Part shown: in pieces, positions 53,001 to 64,000 of the stretch
Numbering within the stretch: the first letter of the stretch is position 1
How the letters are laid out: the number at the start of each line of letters is the position of its first letter
Source of the DNA: Chrysomallon squamiferum
Taxonomy: Eukaryota; Animalia; Mollusca
Direction of reading: 5' to 3'
NCBI GenBank assembly: GCA_012295275.1
Contig: CM022672.1
Coordinates: 3,658,001 to 3,722,000 of the forward strand
DNA: 64,000 nt
The notes under the pieces: generated by a model
What the model saw: only the letters and a program-made list of their open reading frames with translations
Told to the model about the DNA's origin: nothing
Database searches by the model: none
Position numbers and translations under genes: made by a program

Positions 53001-54182
53001 GGTATTAATAACTATCAAAAATGAGCATTCTGTGTGACTAACCTATGCATTTTCCTTTAAAAAGGACATTCTTACTCATAACAAGAAATGAACAAACTAT
53101 GGTCCATGAAACAAATTGTAATAATTTATAAACAAAGAAATAAAAATGAAAAGTAATTGGATAAGGAAGATGTTTATTTGAAAGTAAAACTACATCAGTG
53201 TCTCAGAGAAAAGAATAGAAAAAGTTACATCACAAAGACCATTTAAAAACAAAATTGTTTACTTTATTTTTTGTAAGACCAAAAAATATGACAAAAGCTA
53301 ACATTATCCATCTCATTTTGCCTGAGTTACCAACTGGCAAACAAACTGCATAGTATTCAGTAACCATGCAGTAGAGAGTAAATACTTGGTATTTCTATGT
53401 TTACTTCTACAGTAAAGGAAATAATCATAAAACTTACAACTTAGCTTTCCTTTATCTTCATCATCTTCATCATCGCTGACGACTGGATCTTCAAATTTCT
53501 CAATCTCTGACAACGACTGTCCATAGTGAGTGAGTTCTTCTTCATCATTTAAACTGTATTTACCCCTCTCAAACTGTCTCTGTAATAATAGGTAACTGAT
53601 CATTTAAACAGTAAAATTCAAATTTACAGTTGTTCTTATGCCTTTGTCCAACATGTAATAAATAATGAATGATAAACATTATTTTACTGTAGGCTAAATC
53701 TGGTACCTTAATATTAATAATTTATATATAAAATAATGTTATTATGCTTGGTATTTTAATATACAATGGTAAATAATATGCATAAAAGTAATAACTATAA
53801 TGATCCTCAATTTTTCTTTTTTCTTTATAAATCTTAAATGTGCTCTTTTCAAATGCTATAAATAAATAAATATTTATGATAACTGATACATTAGTAAATT
53901 TTCATATTTATGATTTTTGCTATGGCTATCATTTGATGTGATCCACTAACAGAACAGCAACAACAGATCTTTAATACTGTAAATCTATAAACAAATTATA
54001 ACCCAGTCCAAAAGTGATCTTAGATATTTTTTTGTTTTGTTTTGTTTTACATACCTCTCTTTCTAAAGCAAATCGTTTCAGCATCTTTTCATCAACAGAA
54101 AGTCTGGTATCATTTTCTCCAAATCTTTTGTCAATGAACTTGTTGGCTTTGAACCTGTCCTTATATTCATGAAGTAGAGTGG

Positions 54183-54232
<50 letters not shown>

Positions 54233-54819
54233 AAAGGTAAATAAATAATAAATATATAAATAACCTAAAAATAACAAACAATAAACAAATAACATAATAA
54301 TAATAATAATTAATAAGTAAATATTTAAAGATTACATTTCAAAGTACTTGTGATTAAAATAAATTAAAATTAAAATAAGAAATAAACACAAATTTTATAA
54401 CAAACACAAAATAATTACATTTAACTCAATTTAATTTTAAACAACTTTCATATGATACATTTTGTAACTGATATTTTGTTTTTTATTGTTACTATTAAAT
54501 AACTACAAATAAACTGTAAAGTTGGTGCCATGAACAGCATTGATAAGTACTTGGAGAAAATATGACACATGACTTATGCTACTTGTTTATGTTACAGTTA
54601 CCAGATCAACTGATTTAAAAATAATAATTTTACTTTTTTAATAGCCTTTGAACGAGACACTCCAGGAGCTCCTTTGTCATATTTTGATATCTTCTGACCC
54701 AACACATGATGCTTTTGACGATTAATCTTAACTTCAAAGGGATTTGTTTTCTTGTTAACTTCAGCTTTCTTTGTTCTCACTTTGTCTGAAACAAACTTCT
54801 TTTTCTTCTTTGCTACCAT
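44053..54819 (-). CDS. NOP14: Nucleolar protein 14 (SSU processome), ~895 aa, 21 coding exons
   Basis: Exons (minus strand): 54819-54634, ~54186-54055, 53579-53438, 52826-52708, 52071-51979, 51269-51177, 50749-50681, 50246-50158, 49860-49437, 49218-49164, 48761-48631, 48220-47999, 47491-47390, 46956-46894, 46435-46345, 46232-46157, 45968-45885, 45570-45426, 45234-45113, 44759-44604, 44146-44053. Motifs NPFEVKINRQKH.VLG, PGVSRSKA, F.DKRFGE, LTHYGQSL, HFGG, DRLKTPEE, ELPYIF, FPTSDFHHPVTTP, RYFPEAVNFL, KREMKGAVREIRKDAQFLA, LAMQEG. Confidence 0.96.
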
Positions 54820-55406
54820 TCTGTTTTTATTGCTGTGTCTATATTAATTGTGTGAAGGGTTTTACTTTAGAATACAATACTTATTATATTTAAACAATTA
54901 TTTATTGACGAAAACAATTCTGATATAAAAAGATAATAAGAAATATATACTACATTATATCTGTTTATGATACAGAGGAAACAAAACCCATCACCAAAAC
55001 AATTTAACATAGTAACATTACATTTTAACAAGATCTAATCAAATATTTAGTGAAGTAATCAATTTAATGTATTTCAATTACTTTTACATTAATAACAGAT
55101 TTTCAGTTATCTGTTTATTATAACAAAGCTTGAAAGTAAGAAAATACAGCATGCCTTTCAATTTCAACTTACATAATTATAGCTTTACAACATACACGCC
55201 ACACGACTGACAACATAAGTTACATATGATATATGATATAAATTTTAATCATGAAGTGATGAACATAAAAGTTAAACTAAGAATCGTAATATAATTATAC
55301 GCAATAATCATATTAAACAAAACATCAAAAAATTAAATTTCCATCTTATATTATCTAATTCGTGTCATACATACATTATTATGAATATAAGTAACTCAAC
55401 GCTTAC

Positions 55407-55852
55407 CAATTAGTTGAATTACAAGTAGAAAAACTAGCAGACGCTGCACATGTTGATGGGCGCAGCCATTACAGTGATTATTATCAGATAAACGAGATTT
55501 TGATCAATTTTCAAATTTAAGCATAATATTATATTTGCTTCATCCGCAACCAGTGAAATGTGATTTAAAATTATATGTTGCTTTGATAGAAAAATTTAAA
55601 TTATTATTTGTGTATTTTTTAAACACACGCCCCCATGCTTTTAAACTCGATAAAAAACGCCCCGTGATCAAAACAAAGAACTAAACAAACTTAATATTTA
55701 TGGGAATTGTAGGCGGGATTTGTTCGTCTCTACGTGGAGTTACTGTATTCCCCCCATGTAGATTCATGAATATTAAAGTGACAGGCATCAATCATCATGA
55801 CCCATTTTATCGCAAGGGCAAAGAAATGTTTCCCAGACCATCTAGTTTCGTT
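55407..55852. promoter_or_regulatory. Putative bidirectional promoter NOP14 (-) / NMNAT (+), including a probable non-coding NOP14 first exon
   Basis: Head-to-head genes with start codons ~1.0 kb apart. Minus-strand donor TTG|GTAAGC at 55407/55406; YY1-like aatggctgc (55462-55470, minus); ZNF143/SBS-like ctacaattccca (55701-55712, minus); E2F-like ggcgggattt (55712). CpG is retained locally. Confidence 0.6.
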
Positions 55853-56768
55853 ATGGCGTCTCCGACAAAAGTAATGCTTATAGCGTGTGGATCTTTTAAT
55901 CCTGTAACAAACATGCATCTGCGGATGTTTGGTAAGATATTTATTACTTAGCATGCCAAGGGTACATGGTATAAATGACTAAACATGACTGTTTTGGGAT
56001 AGAATAATGCCGGTTTAACGTAAAGAAGAATAATCCGGTGGACGTAAATACCGTAATCAGCCGAAATAATAACAGATATGTGATTGTTGTTTACAGATTT
56101 CGTTTTTCTGTTCTGTTCTTTTCCTTTCCCTCTTTCATTTTTCCCTTTTTTTTTTTTTTTTTAAAATTATTATTAACATTATTATTATTATTATTATTTA
56201 TTTAATATTTAAAAATTATTTTCATTTATTTATTTGTTATTGTTATTATAACAAATGCCATACTTTCATTAATAAATTACTAATCCTGTCTGGATTTGAT
56301 TATCAAAATATAATGAGGAAAATAGTGGAAAAAACCCCTCACTTTTGATATGTCTACTTGCTCATTATGTTATAATTATCAACATACTATAGTATATGTA
56401 TATTAACTGATTCAACAAATATCAAATGTGTATTGTTTTAATTGTCATTCTTGGAAAATATTTGGCTCATGCAGAGAGGATATATATACATACAACCACA
56501 CTCAAGCAAACATATTCACACAAACACACACACACATATGCAGAAGACAGACAGAACAAGTAAAAGAAAAAAACCCACCTCTACACCTTAACTTCTTGCA
56601 GTTTACAAAAATATGTTTCATTATTTCAGAACTTGCTCGGGATCAGTTAAATAATACAGGACGTTATCAAGTTGTAGGTGGAATTATTTCTCCTGTTAGT
56701 GATGGATATTCAAAAGAGGTTAGATTTCTTTATTAACTTTATGTTTTGTCTGTCACTGAGTGTGTGTG

Positions 56769-56799
<31 letters not shown>

Positions 56800-57090
56800 C
56801 TGTGTGTGCGTGTGTGTGTGTGTGCGTGTGTGTGTGTGTCCAATATCTCTTCATAATAAATTTATGCTCTTCTAATGTCAACTTGCATGGCATGGTTGAA
56901 AGTGAATGAAAATAATGATACTTCAGCTGCATCGCAATTAAAAATTAATTGTGTGAACTGTATTTAGATTTTGTCAGGCCAATTGCATTGCAAGTAACAA
57001 GCCAATATTGTGATTCATTATGGAACGAATATACATATTTAATAGAGTTTGTTTCAGCTTAAGTGTGTAGTAATTTTACGGACATCCTTT

Positions 57091-57129
<39 letters not shown>

Positions 57130-57827
57130 TATCTGCCTGTTTGTTTTTGAATATATGTACCTGTATGGTTTTATGTTTTATGTTAGTGTGTGTATGTTTG
57201 TAATATTTTGTAATATATGTATGTATTTTAGTGTTGTATGTGTATGTATGCTTAATTCTCCGTTTAACACATCCTGCCTGCCAAATATATACAAATATTT
57301 TCATTTTTAGCAAAATTCATGCAAACTGTGAGTTAGTGAAATATGTGAAAGAAATCTCACTGAGGACACCAGTTTCTTTGTTTACACTGGCCACTTGTGA
57401 ATTCATGCTGTGAATGCAGTGTGTGTTATCTCAGAACTGTTTAGATTTAGAACATTATTCTTATTATTTTTGTGTATTGATAGTGGCACCAATTTACAAT
57501 TACAGCAAAACAAACTCACTCTTTTGCCCATCAGGGCATCTAAGAACTGCGAATTAAAAGTAAATTCAATTCTATACATTTCTGCACATTGTGGATTTAA
57601 AGTAAATTTAGATCTATATATTATTCTAGATTGCTAGCATTGTATTTGTGCAATTTGTAATTTAACCCTTTGGAAAATCTGGATTTTTGATTTATGGACA
57701 ATCATTGTCCTCTTTTTAGTCCAATAAATAGTTTCGACTATATATATATATATTCACACACACACACACACATATATATATATTTAGGTTAGTGATGTTG
57801 ATTCAGTTCAAAGTCTGATCTGGTTTA

Positions 57828-57911
<84 letters not shown>

Positions 57912-58505
57912 GAAGTGGTAAACTAGATGAGACTTTGATCTGATTCCGTTCACTAACATTTGTATGTCACTGATATAATGTGATGAATTATTATGTTGTT
58001 ATGCTATCATTCCCACCACATTTGTAGATGAAATGTCATTCCAGAGTCTTCTGTTTTCAAAAACTATATTTGCATGCAGCTAAGGAACCTGTGTGTGGGT
58101 GTGTTTCTCTGTGTATGTGTGTCAGTGTATGTGTGTCATTAGGTATACTTGTGTGCATGCATTTGTTTATTTGTGAAGAAACATTTGTTCAAATACATAC
58201 ATATACACACAGGGGTAGATCTGTCATGAAACTAATAAAGCTTAAGGCACATAAATATTTTTTGTTCAAAGTTTTAATTGAAATCTGATTTGTCACTAAA
58301 TTTTTAAAATCTGTGTGTGTGTGTGTGTGTGCGTGTGTGTGTTTGTGTGTGTGTGTGAAAAAGAATGTTTGTTTATTGTCATATTTTATTACATGACTGC
58401 ATGTGGACATGAAACTGAATTTTTCTTTTTCTCACAGGGACTTGTGTCAGCCAAACACAGATGTGCCATGCTCAAGTTAGCACTGAAAACATCAGACTGG
58501 GTCAA
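55853..58505 (+). CDS. NMNAT: Nicotinamide/nicotinate mononucleotide adenylyltransferase, 5' part (gene continues beyond window)
   Basis: Exons 55853-55931 (MASPTKVMLIACGSFNPVTNMHLRMF), 56630-56718 (ELARDQL..GRYQVVGGIISPVSDGYSKE) and 58438-58505 (GLVSAKHRCAMLKLALKTSDWV). Has the signature GSFNP.T.MH and ISPV.D.Y.K motifs. No further exon recognised before 64000. Confidence 0.95.
57788..57957. repeat. Inverted repeat (~42-bp arms) enclosing a (CA)n microsatellite, NMNAT intron 2
   Basis: gttagtgatgttgattcagttcaaagtctgatctggtttacca (57788-57830) versus the reverse complement of 57916-57957, gttagtgaacggaatcagatcaaagtctcatctagtttacca. Confidence 0.85.
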
Positions 58506-60705
58506 GTAGGTTTCACTTTCACATTCTTAACTTAGTACTATTTGTAATGTTGAGTTGTTGTCTTACTTCTGTAGCTTAGCTATGTTGTCTGTGAAAAGAT
58601 TAATGTGATTAGTTCAGTTGTTAATATTTAATATTTTTTAACGTACTTCATTTATTAACAGAATGTTGTGAACAATAGCTTAATAAAATAATCTCTTGGA
58701 TAGCTACAGCCCATTAAATGTATTGTTTTTGACAAAATCTTTTCTGTTTTGAATTTCTTGTGTACCAGGCTAATCCTAACATATTCAGTAAAAGCATTCA
58801 CTGAGATGAAACCTCAGTAAACTGATTAATGTGAAAATATTGGATTATTTGTTCTCTGAAGTAATAATCTTAAGAAAATCTCTTGTGATTTAAACAAATT
58901 GTAATTATCCTCTTTTATGAGACACATCAGTCACAGACACCAGCTCTTATCATCAGTGGCTGTTTCCCGTTCTAGCCAGAACCTCATTTCATTGTACATT
59001 TGTTAGTTCTGAAGAAAAAATATAATACATTTCTTAAATTTTTTTTTTTTTTTTAACTATTAATGGATGTTTTATAAGCATCTTCCTAAGACAGGAAATA
59101 TTAACTATTGTCTTTGAAAACCATTTATAGAACAAAGTGTATGAATATGATTTGGTTTGTATGTGCATCTGAATGAACGTCTATGTACTGATTTTGTATA
59201 TCTGAACATACAGTATTATTTACTTGTATATTGATTTGCATTTGTTTTGTCATGCAGAACATTTTGGTTCTAATGTCCATTTGGATATATATAAATGTAT
59301 TGATTTTATTAGATCACACGCACATATTGATTTGCAATTGTTTTGTCATGCAGAAATTTTATCAGTGGATTATGATTAAAGCTTGTTCAGTTTTGTTTCT
59401 GTAGTATGTAACCAATTCTAAATAACAGGTGGCTGTAATTAGTAAGTAGCCATTTCCTTAACACTGGCATTAGTTTCTGATGTGAACATGATTGAACTTT
59501 CCAGGCACTGTGAACATCAAAGAGAATAAATGAAGTTATTTAATGAGGTATATTTATCAGCTTTGTCTCTCACTTTGATCATTTTTGGGTTTTTTCATGG
59601 TCAATGCAATTAACAAAAACATTATTCTTATTAGCTGTGAAGCATGACTATGACAATCAAACACAAATTTCTTTCCCACCCATTCTCAACTGAACTTTTC
59701 TAACCCCCACCCCCAAATAAAAACAGATTTTTTATTTGTATACTTACTAGGTGACCTAACAAACATTACATACAAGAAAGAAATGTTAGATCATGTTTTT
59801 TTTTTCATAATTTGCAGTTGATAAAATATTTTTAGCAAGATGATTAGGTTTTTTTTGGAACTTGTCCTGTAACAAACATTTTTTGATTGTAAGTTTGGAA
59901 ATGAAAGAGTTAAGCAGCAGAAAATTCTTTAGTTTATTGCTTAACCTGCATCCAAAGCAGAAGTATCTGAAAAACCTTTGTGAAGTAAATTAAAGGATTG
60001 ATTTGCTTGTTAGGAAACAAAACATCAAGTAAAAAGGTCACAAACAAAAAAAGTTAAAATAATTCCATTTAAAAAAAAAAAAACTGGATGCAGGTAGTTC
60101 AATAAACTAATGGTCTCTTTGTTACTTAACTCTTTTGTATCTGACCTTACAATCTTTGTCTGCTGAATTCTGATTTTTCATTGTAGTAATGCAGATACAA
60201 GACATTTCCATTCATTCTGGTTTAGTTGTCATGGTAACATACCTTTTTTTTTTTTGGAAAAATAATTGTGTAGAGATTTTACTAGCAGCAGAATGTCCTA
60301 GTATTCTGAGAAGAAGTTCTACATTCATACATAGTACAGCTTAATTTGCTGTTGTATAAATAATATAGAAAGCAACTGGTCAAGGATTAAGTAAATCAGT
60401 TCTGGGGCTTTTTTTTTGACATACTGTTAATGAAGAAAAACTTAGTGTAAGTTTATTTATTTCTTTATTTTGAATATATTAACTGCTTGCTAAATAAATA
60501 AATAAATGATGGAATAAGTGAATATGTAAATAAGTAAATAAATAAATAAGGTCATCAACAAGAAAAATAACAACTCTAACCTGTTTTAACATGATCGAAA
60601 ATGCTAAGAATGCAAATACCTTCATTTATGACTACCTAATTATCTGTCTGTTTGTCCATATATTCATAGTTTGAAATGTGGTTTTATCAACCACACACAC
60701 ACATC

Positions 60706-60737
<32 letters not shown>

Positions 60738-61224
60738 ACAAAGACAGTGTTACTGTTAGTGTGTTAGAGGATTAGCAGAGAACAAGTTTAATGTTTTACA
60801 AGTAGTTCTGCTTGGGAGCCAGCAGTGGAGGTGAGATCTCAGCAAATTGATGTCATAACCACTGCACCAAGTGCTTAATGCTTCCCACCCAGGAAGTCAA
60901 AAATATGCTTGTTGGTGTCTTGATTCTGCAGATATTATTATTTTTTTTTTTAACCATTTAACAGAATGACAAACTGAAATTTTGTGTATAATTTATGATA
61001 AAAATTATTTTTTAAACCATTTACTAGCTTATAAGAATGAAAATTCAATGTGTGTGTGTGTGTGTATATATATATATCTGAAAAATGTGAAAAAAAGTCT
61101 TTGTACTTAAATATTCAGCTACTTACACTGTCATATTTCAGTTTTAAAACAATAGTTTCTGTAAGTAAGATTTATCATTTTAAATCTTGTGTTCTGTATT
61201 TTTATAAATAACTGTTTAAAATGT

Positions 61225-61270
<46 letters not shown>

Positions 61271-61895
61271 CTTTCATGTACCTTTTTCTATTAGTCACAT
61301 ATGTTTGATTAAGCCTTAGGTACATTTTTTTTTTTTTTTTCACTGATACACAAGTTGTCACTTACAGCACGTTCTATCCAAAAATAACATCTTAACAAGC
61401 TTTAGGTATAAAATATTCTTCTACTGTCCCATAGCAACCTACTACAAGCTCCAGTTTTAGCTGTCATTCAATTATTCTGGTCTCACACACCTTTTACAAA
61501 AGTCGATAAATAGCTACTCCCATCAGTTTTCGGGTCTAATTATTTGAGTGCTGTATTGGGCACCACCATAACATTCTTTAATTAAGTTGCCTGTTGACTG
61601 CAGACCTCAGTGAAAATGACTGATAGCTTCTTGTTGGTACCATTACAAGTTAATCTTCACTAGCTTAATAAATTACTTAGGTCTATCACCATTTTGGCCG
61701 CCACAAAATATAGTGTGAACACATTGGTATATCTGAGATAAATGTGAATTTAGGGGTGATTTTCATGTTAAGGAAGGTTGTATCTCTAGTTTTAACTGTG
61801 AATAAGTTGATAACAATCATAGTCACAATAATAATAATAATAATAATATAATAATAATATAATAATAATAAATATAATAATAATAGTAATAATAA

Positions 61896-61943
<48 letters not shown>

Positions 61944-63699
61944 TAATAATATAATAATAATAATTGTAATAGTAACAATAATAATAAAAAAATAATAATA
62001 CTTTTATCTCATACATTTAAAAATATAATAATAAATAAATAAAAAGATAATAATGGTTTAGTTTAGATTTATATTAGTGCTATGTAACTTCTTCAGTTTT
62101 AAAGTTTAACATTTTATGGTGATCATTTTTTTTTTTTTTTTATTCCCCTCATTGAGTTTGTTTAAGATACTGCTTTCTTTTTCTTGTTGATAATTTTAAT
62201 AATAATAAAAATATCTAAACAGGAAAAATATGTCTTGTTTGAGCCAGTTACATAGATAGATAGATAGATAAACAACAAACAAAAAAATAACAAGTAAAAA
62301 GTAAATAAATAAAATAAAATAAATTGTTTGTTAATAATAATTATTAGATTATGTCTTGATTTAGTTCTATATTAAATTAGAAGAAGAAAAATAAATAGGA
62401 TGATTGTTTTGATTTTTTCATACATAATTTTTCATTACTTTTGTGAAAGGAAAGCAGAAATTTAATAATGATAAAAAAAACAAAACAAAACAAAATAAAA
62501 AATAAAATAAAAAATAAAAAAATAAAAAATAAAGAGAAAACAAATCAAATGCAAAAATAAAGACACCATAATTAGAACAATATCTTTCTGTTTCAGTCAT
62601 ATTTATTATTACATAACTAATCAGTTATAATTATCTGAACCATGAAATATTTAAATTTAATATCAGTCATTACCGGTAGACAGTTTGTGTACAAAGTGAT
62701 GTTATTAACATCATAGAAAACATCTTTTCATAAACCAGACCACCATTACATCACTGATGTGAACACAAGACAGATTTTATTACATGTAATTTGGTTTGTT
62801 TGGGTTTGTCTGATGAAATCAATAAAAAAAATCTCATCCTAATTTAGACTTATTTCTAAGCTCCACTTGTTGAAATATCACTTTTCACATTCATTCATTT
62901 TGCCTGGTTGTTTGTGTTTTTGTTGGAGCTTTTTTCAGACAAATAAAAAAAAAATTAAAAAAAATTAAATTATATAAATAACAAAAAAATAAAATAAAAT
63001 AAAATAAAATAAAATTAAATTAAATTAAATTAAATTAAATTAAATTAAATTAAATTAAATTAAATTAAATTAGATATAATTAAATTTAAAAAAAAAAGAG
63101 AAGGAAAATCGAAAAAGAAAACCAACAAAGATAAAACCACACCCAATGCCCAACCCGCCCCCCAAAAAATCAACACAAAACAACAAAAAACAAATAAAAT
63201 TTGTTATGGAAATAGGAAAAAAACAACAAAAAATCAGATAAATCGGTATGAATTATTAAAAAACAATCTTCTTGCCTGCTCTAAAAGAATTATTCTTTGC
63301 TTCTGAAATTTCTTAAACAAAAATACACATCACTCAATGTAATCAAGCATACTGACAAACAAAACATTTGTCATCATGTCAGAAATAACTAATTAGGATG
63401 TGAATTATTTATATTTTTATCAAAACTGTAATTATGACATTTAATTAATTAGCCTTATTTAACATTTCAGTTGAACACAAACAGAGTACCTGAAATGCTT
63501 TACATTTTTAATGTGTTTTATTATCTCATGATTATATTGTTGAATAAAATGTTAATTGTTAAATTAATGGTGAACTGTGCTAAGTGTCAGAGAGAATTTG
63601 ATGATGTTACATGAAGTATCATTGTTCAGATGTTGTATTGTCAGTATGTAATAATGAAACTATTAAAATATAATGGCCTTTGATTAATTTTTTAGAAAC

Positions 63700-63965
63700 A
63701 CTAGCTTAGAACAGTAAAATGTACCAACATAATTTAAAATATCGTTCATTTTCATAACTAAATACTGGAGGTCAAAAGAAGCTTTTTAGGAGCATTAGGT
63801 AGAATATGAAATATACCAACATAATCAAAAGACCATAAATTTTGATAACTTAGTTCTGGAGCTTAGAAAAAAGATTTTTAGGAACATTAAGTAGAACAGG
63901 AAATATACCAGTATAATTTAAAATACAAAATGTTTTGATAAATAAATTCTGGAACTTAGAAAAAA
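63700..63965. repeat. ~92-bp degenerate tandem repeat (~3 copies) in NMNAT intron 3
   Basis: tagaa....aaat(g/a)tacca.(c/t)ataat recurs at 63706, 63800 and 63892, each followed by ...ctgga(g/a)...tttttagga.catta. Confidence 0.75.
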
Positions 63966-64000
63966 TAGGGTATATACCAATACAGGCACTGGAGAGGTTT

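Noticed and set aside
60805-60875. tRNA-like A/B-box remnants (also ~16190-16215 and ~51565-51600)
   Set aside because: No cloverleaf can be formed. At most these are decayed SINE heads, too weak to call.

Overview
AT-rich, microsatellite-dense animal DNA, probably a lophotrochozoan such as a mollusc (inferred from composition, repeats and gene content). I assembled seven protein-coding genes by hand from splice sites and reading-frame phase. (1) A type-I membrane C-type lectin + PAN/Apple receptor (+, 1772-8815). (2) A small BTB/POZ protein with an apparent 1-nt frameshift near its 3' end (+, 12371-15676). (3) A 17-exon, ~1820-aa DUF4062-NACHT-WD40 STAND protein (NWD1/NWD2-like) ending in a CaaX-type motif, CDIL (-, 17972-31731). 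(4) A divergent rhodopsin-class GPCR with an intronless CDS (-, 32979-33878). (5) TMEM129, with a GC-AG intron (+, 39779-42220). (6) NOP14, 21 coding exons, one of which lacks an AG acceptor in this sequence (-, 44053-54819). (7) The first three exons of NMNAT (+, from 55853), head-to-head with NOP14. Non-coding features include three pogo/Tigger-like MITEs, two fold-back elements, several minisatellites, a local tandem duplication and a mosaic pattern of CpG depletion. I found no rRNA, tRNA, CRISPR or prokaryotic system. The best leads are the possibly prenylated NACHT-WD40 sensor and the lectin-PAN receptor, which has a tandemly amplified splice donor and a PDZ-binding tail.
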